Source: a candidate division WOR-3 bacterium
GTDB lineage: Bacteria; Hydrothermota; Tepidihabitantia; SM23-42; JAOAFX01
Reading direction: 5' to 3'
NCBI GenBank assembly: GCA_039802325.1
Contig: JBDRWH010000001.1
Location: 1 to 36,997, forward strand
Length of the DNA: 36,997 nt
Part shown: positions 35,363-36,997 of the stretch, one piece after another
Layout: the number at the start of each line of letters is the position of its first letter
Position numbering within the stretch: position 1 is the first letter of the stretch
Program-made: the position numbers and the translations under genes
Notes under the pieces: generated by a model
The model's input: only the letters and a program-made list of their open reading frames with translations
What the model was told of the DNA's origin: nothing
Databases searched by the model: none

Positions 35363-36214
35363 ATGAAAAGATTGATTTTTCTCTCTGCCGTTATTTTCAT
35401 TGTAGCACAAGCCGACACAACCGAAGTCATTATTGGCACCCCTTATATAGGTAATTATATACCTTTCTGGGGACAATCTTATGATGCCTGTAGATTCCAG
35501 GTGTTATTTCTCCAAACCGAGATAAATACGCTTGGGAAAATCATAAAATTTGCATTTCAACCTTCTGAGAATTACGTTGGCATTTACAATAACTTTCGAT
35601 TCTATCTTTGTCATACCACTGTCGCTCAGCTAACCGCCGTGTTTAATGATAATTATGCCGGGAATACACCCCAATTGCAAATTGATTCTTCTTCATTTAC
35701 TGTTGGTGGTTCTGCAAATAATTGGCTTGAATGGCCGGTCAATTTTGAATATGACAATACCTCTAATCTTCTTGCGGAGATTCGCTGGAATGGTGATAAT
35801 GGAGTAGGTGTTTCAATGTGGAGGACAAATGAGGCAATACCCCGTAGGGTATATAATATGACCAGTGATAATGCTTCAACCGGGACAACCCAGAATACGG
35901 GCAATTATGTGAAATTGACTATTGACCGTGGTACAGGAGTTGAAGAAATTGTAATCGGTGCTGAAAAGATAAAAAATCAATTATTCGTTACACCAAACCT
36001 TGTGCGCAAAGGCAACAGGGTTTTAATAGAATGTGCAACTCCGACTCGATTAGAAATTTATGACACAGCGGATAAACTTATTCAAACACTTGATACTCCC
36101 ACCACCAATAGACTGTTCTGGAATTTAACTGATTATAGGGGAAACCAGATAAGCGCCGGGGTTTATTTTATAAAGAATAATCTTAGCAGCGTGAGAGTGG
36201 TTGTGATTGAATAA
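35363..36214 (+). CDS. Small secreted protein with a T9SS-type C-terminal sorting domain
   Basis: I place the start at ATG 35363, with GGAGG at 35354..35358 and signal peptide MKRLIFLSAVIFIVAQA. The track's start is 35348. Tail is AGVYFIKNNLSSVRVVVIE. Confidence 0.65.
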   Translation: MKRLIFLSAVIFIVAQADTTEVIIGTPYIGNYIPFWGQSYDACRFQVLFLQTEINTLGKIIKFAFQPSENYVGIYNNFRFYLCHTTVAQLTAVFNDNYAGNTPQLQIDSSSFTVGGSANNWLEWPVNFEYDNTSNLLAEIRWNGDNGVGVSMWRTNEAIPRRVYNMTSDNASTGTTQNTGNYVKLTIDRGTGVEEIVIGAEKIKNQLFVTPNLVRKGNRVLIECATPTRLEIYDTADKLIQTLDTPTTNRLFWNLTDYRGNQISAGVYFIKNNLSSVRVVVIE

Positions 36215-36226
36215 TATCTCTGAACC

Positions 36227-36997
36227 TTACTGATAATAAAAGCAACAGGCACGACAGACGGAAAAGAATCTTTTACCAATGATAAGTTTGCGGAGTTCTT
36301 TCATATTATGATTATTCCAACATTCTAAAAATCTGTTTTGTTTTATATTACCTAAAATGTAATCCGGACAGGATTCTATACTGCCATCAGGAAGTATCGT
36401 GGCGGTATTCCACATTGCCCGACATCTGCCTTTGTAAATTTTATCAAATTCCCGTGGTGATTTATAGTATACTAAAAATTGTTCACCATTAAAATTGGGG
36501 AATATATCAATTGTTAATTTCTTTTTTGGCAATCTATTTATTACCGATTGAATCGCAAAAAAATCACCCAAAGCAGGTCTATAATGGCCTGCATAACACC
36601 AATAATTCAGATTTTTTTTAATTTTATTTAGTAAAAATCTCCTGTGATTCAATATTGCATCTTCATCAAGATAAAGCGGATAAATAAATTGAATTATACT
36701 TATTCCATATTCTTGCGCAATATGAACGATATCATTCATCGTTTCAGGATGAGAAAAGTTTATTATTGAATTTATCTTCAAAATTGGTAGGTGCTTTTTA
36801 GTATCATTTAGTCTTTTAAGCCCCTTAATGATCTTATCAAAAGTCCCATCAACCCCACGAATTCTGTCATGAACATCTTTCGGTCCATCAATTGAAATAT
36901 CAATCCGATTGACACTAAATCTTATAATTTCTTCTGCATAATCTTCAAGAAATGTCCCATTGGTTGTAATGTGAAGATATAACTTATTTTTCTTTAT
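36227..36997 (-). CDS. Radical SAM enzyme with SPASM/twitch C-terminal domain (N-terminus outside the window)
   Basis: The reading frame stays open from the track's TTG (36781) up to base 36997 (IKKNKLYLHITTNGTFLEDYAEE...DISIDGPKDVHDRIRG). The C-terminal Cys cluster is CRAMWNTATILPDGSIESCP...CRACC. The CxxxCxxC motif is not visible in the window. Confidence 0.65.
   Translation of the reverse strand: MKKNKLYLHITTNGTFLEDYAEEIIRFSVNRIDISIDGPKDVHDRIRGVDGTFDKIIKGLKRLNDTKKHLPILKINSIINFSHPETMNDIVHIAQEYGISIIQFIYPLYLDEDAILNHRRFLLNKIKKNLNYWCYAGHYRPALGDFFAIQSVINRLPKKKLTIDIFPNFNGEQFLVYYKSPREFDKIYKGRCRAMWNTATILPDGSIESCPDYILGNIKQNRFLECWNNHNMKELRKLIIGKRFFSVCRACCFYYQ

Noticed and set aside
35257-35439. 60-aa minus-strand ORF in the divergent promoter region
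   Set aside because: It overlaps the start of the plus-strand secreted-protein gene and the promoter elements. It has no RBS and an implausible composition.
1-36997. CRISPR arrays, tRNA/rRNA genes, transposases, integrases, toxin-antitoxin or classic phage-defence genes
   Set aside because: No spacer is long enough for, or has the hallmarks of, a tRNA (the longest are 178 nt and 151 nt, without a T-arm consensus). There are no regularly spaced repeats of 25-40 nt. No ORF has recombinase, restriction or abortive-infection motifs that I could recognise.

Overview
The window is a gene-dense (about 36 CDS), low-GC bacterial chromosomal segment with no rRNA, tRNA, CRISPR or obvious mobile element. 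C-terminal tails resembling T9SS sorting domains and a PorV-like outer-membrane protein point to an FCB-superphylum-like lineage. Strong GGAGG ribosome-binding sites and near-consensus TTGACA-N16-TATAAT promoters argue against Bacteroidota proper, so an uncultivated lineage is my inference. Almost everything from 3054 to 35227 is on the minus strand. The right part (23969..35227) is housekeeping and envelope genes: GT39-like glycosyltransferase, guaB, a SAM methyltransferase, an endonuclease-Q-like PHP protein, Wza/Wzc-like exopolysaccharide export, FtsB-like, PSP1/RicT-like, mazG, rsmG and a GT2. The main finding is a four-gene membrane-protein module (called A-B-C-D here) of a family I cannot name. 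It occurs twice, in opposite orientations (1..2902 on plus; 20725..23938 on minus). Copy 2 is compact, with ATGA overlaps. It abuts a DUF4388-like gene (TAA directly followed by ATG), which is followed by two Roadblock/LC7-like proteins and two small membrane proteins. Next come ExbB-ExbD-ExbD-TonB, a lipoprotein-like protein, a TonB-dependent-receptor-like barrel, a PorV-like protein and three large secreted proteins with T9SS-type tails. I read this roughly 21 kb co-directional array as a candidate undescribed trans-envelope system, but that is inference only. Other observations are three promoters placed 5-6 nt from the ATG (probable leaderless mRNAs), a dispersed GAAGT/ACTTCC-type palindromic intergenic repeat family, and a nearly C-free GTA-rich repeat tract. 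All homology calls were made by eye from motifs, with no database search.
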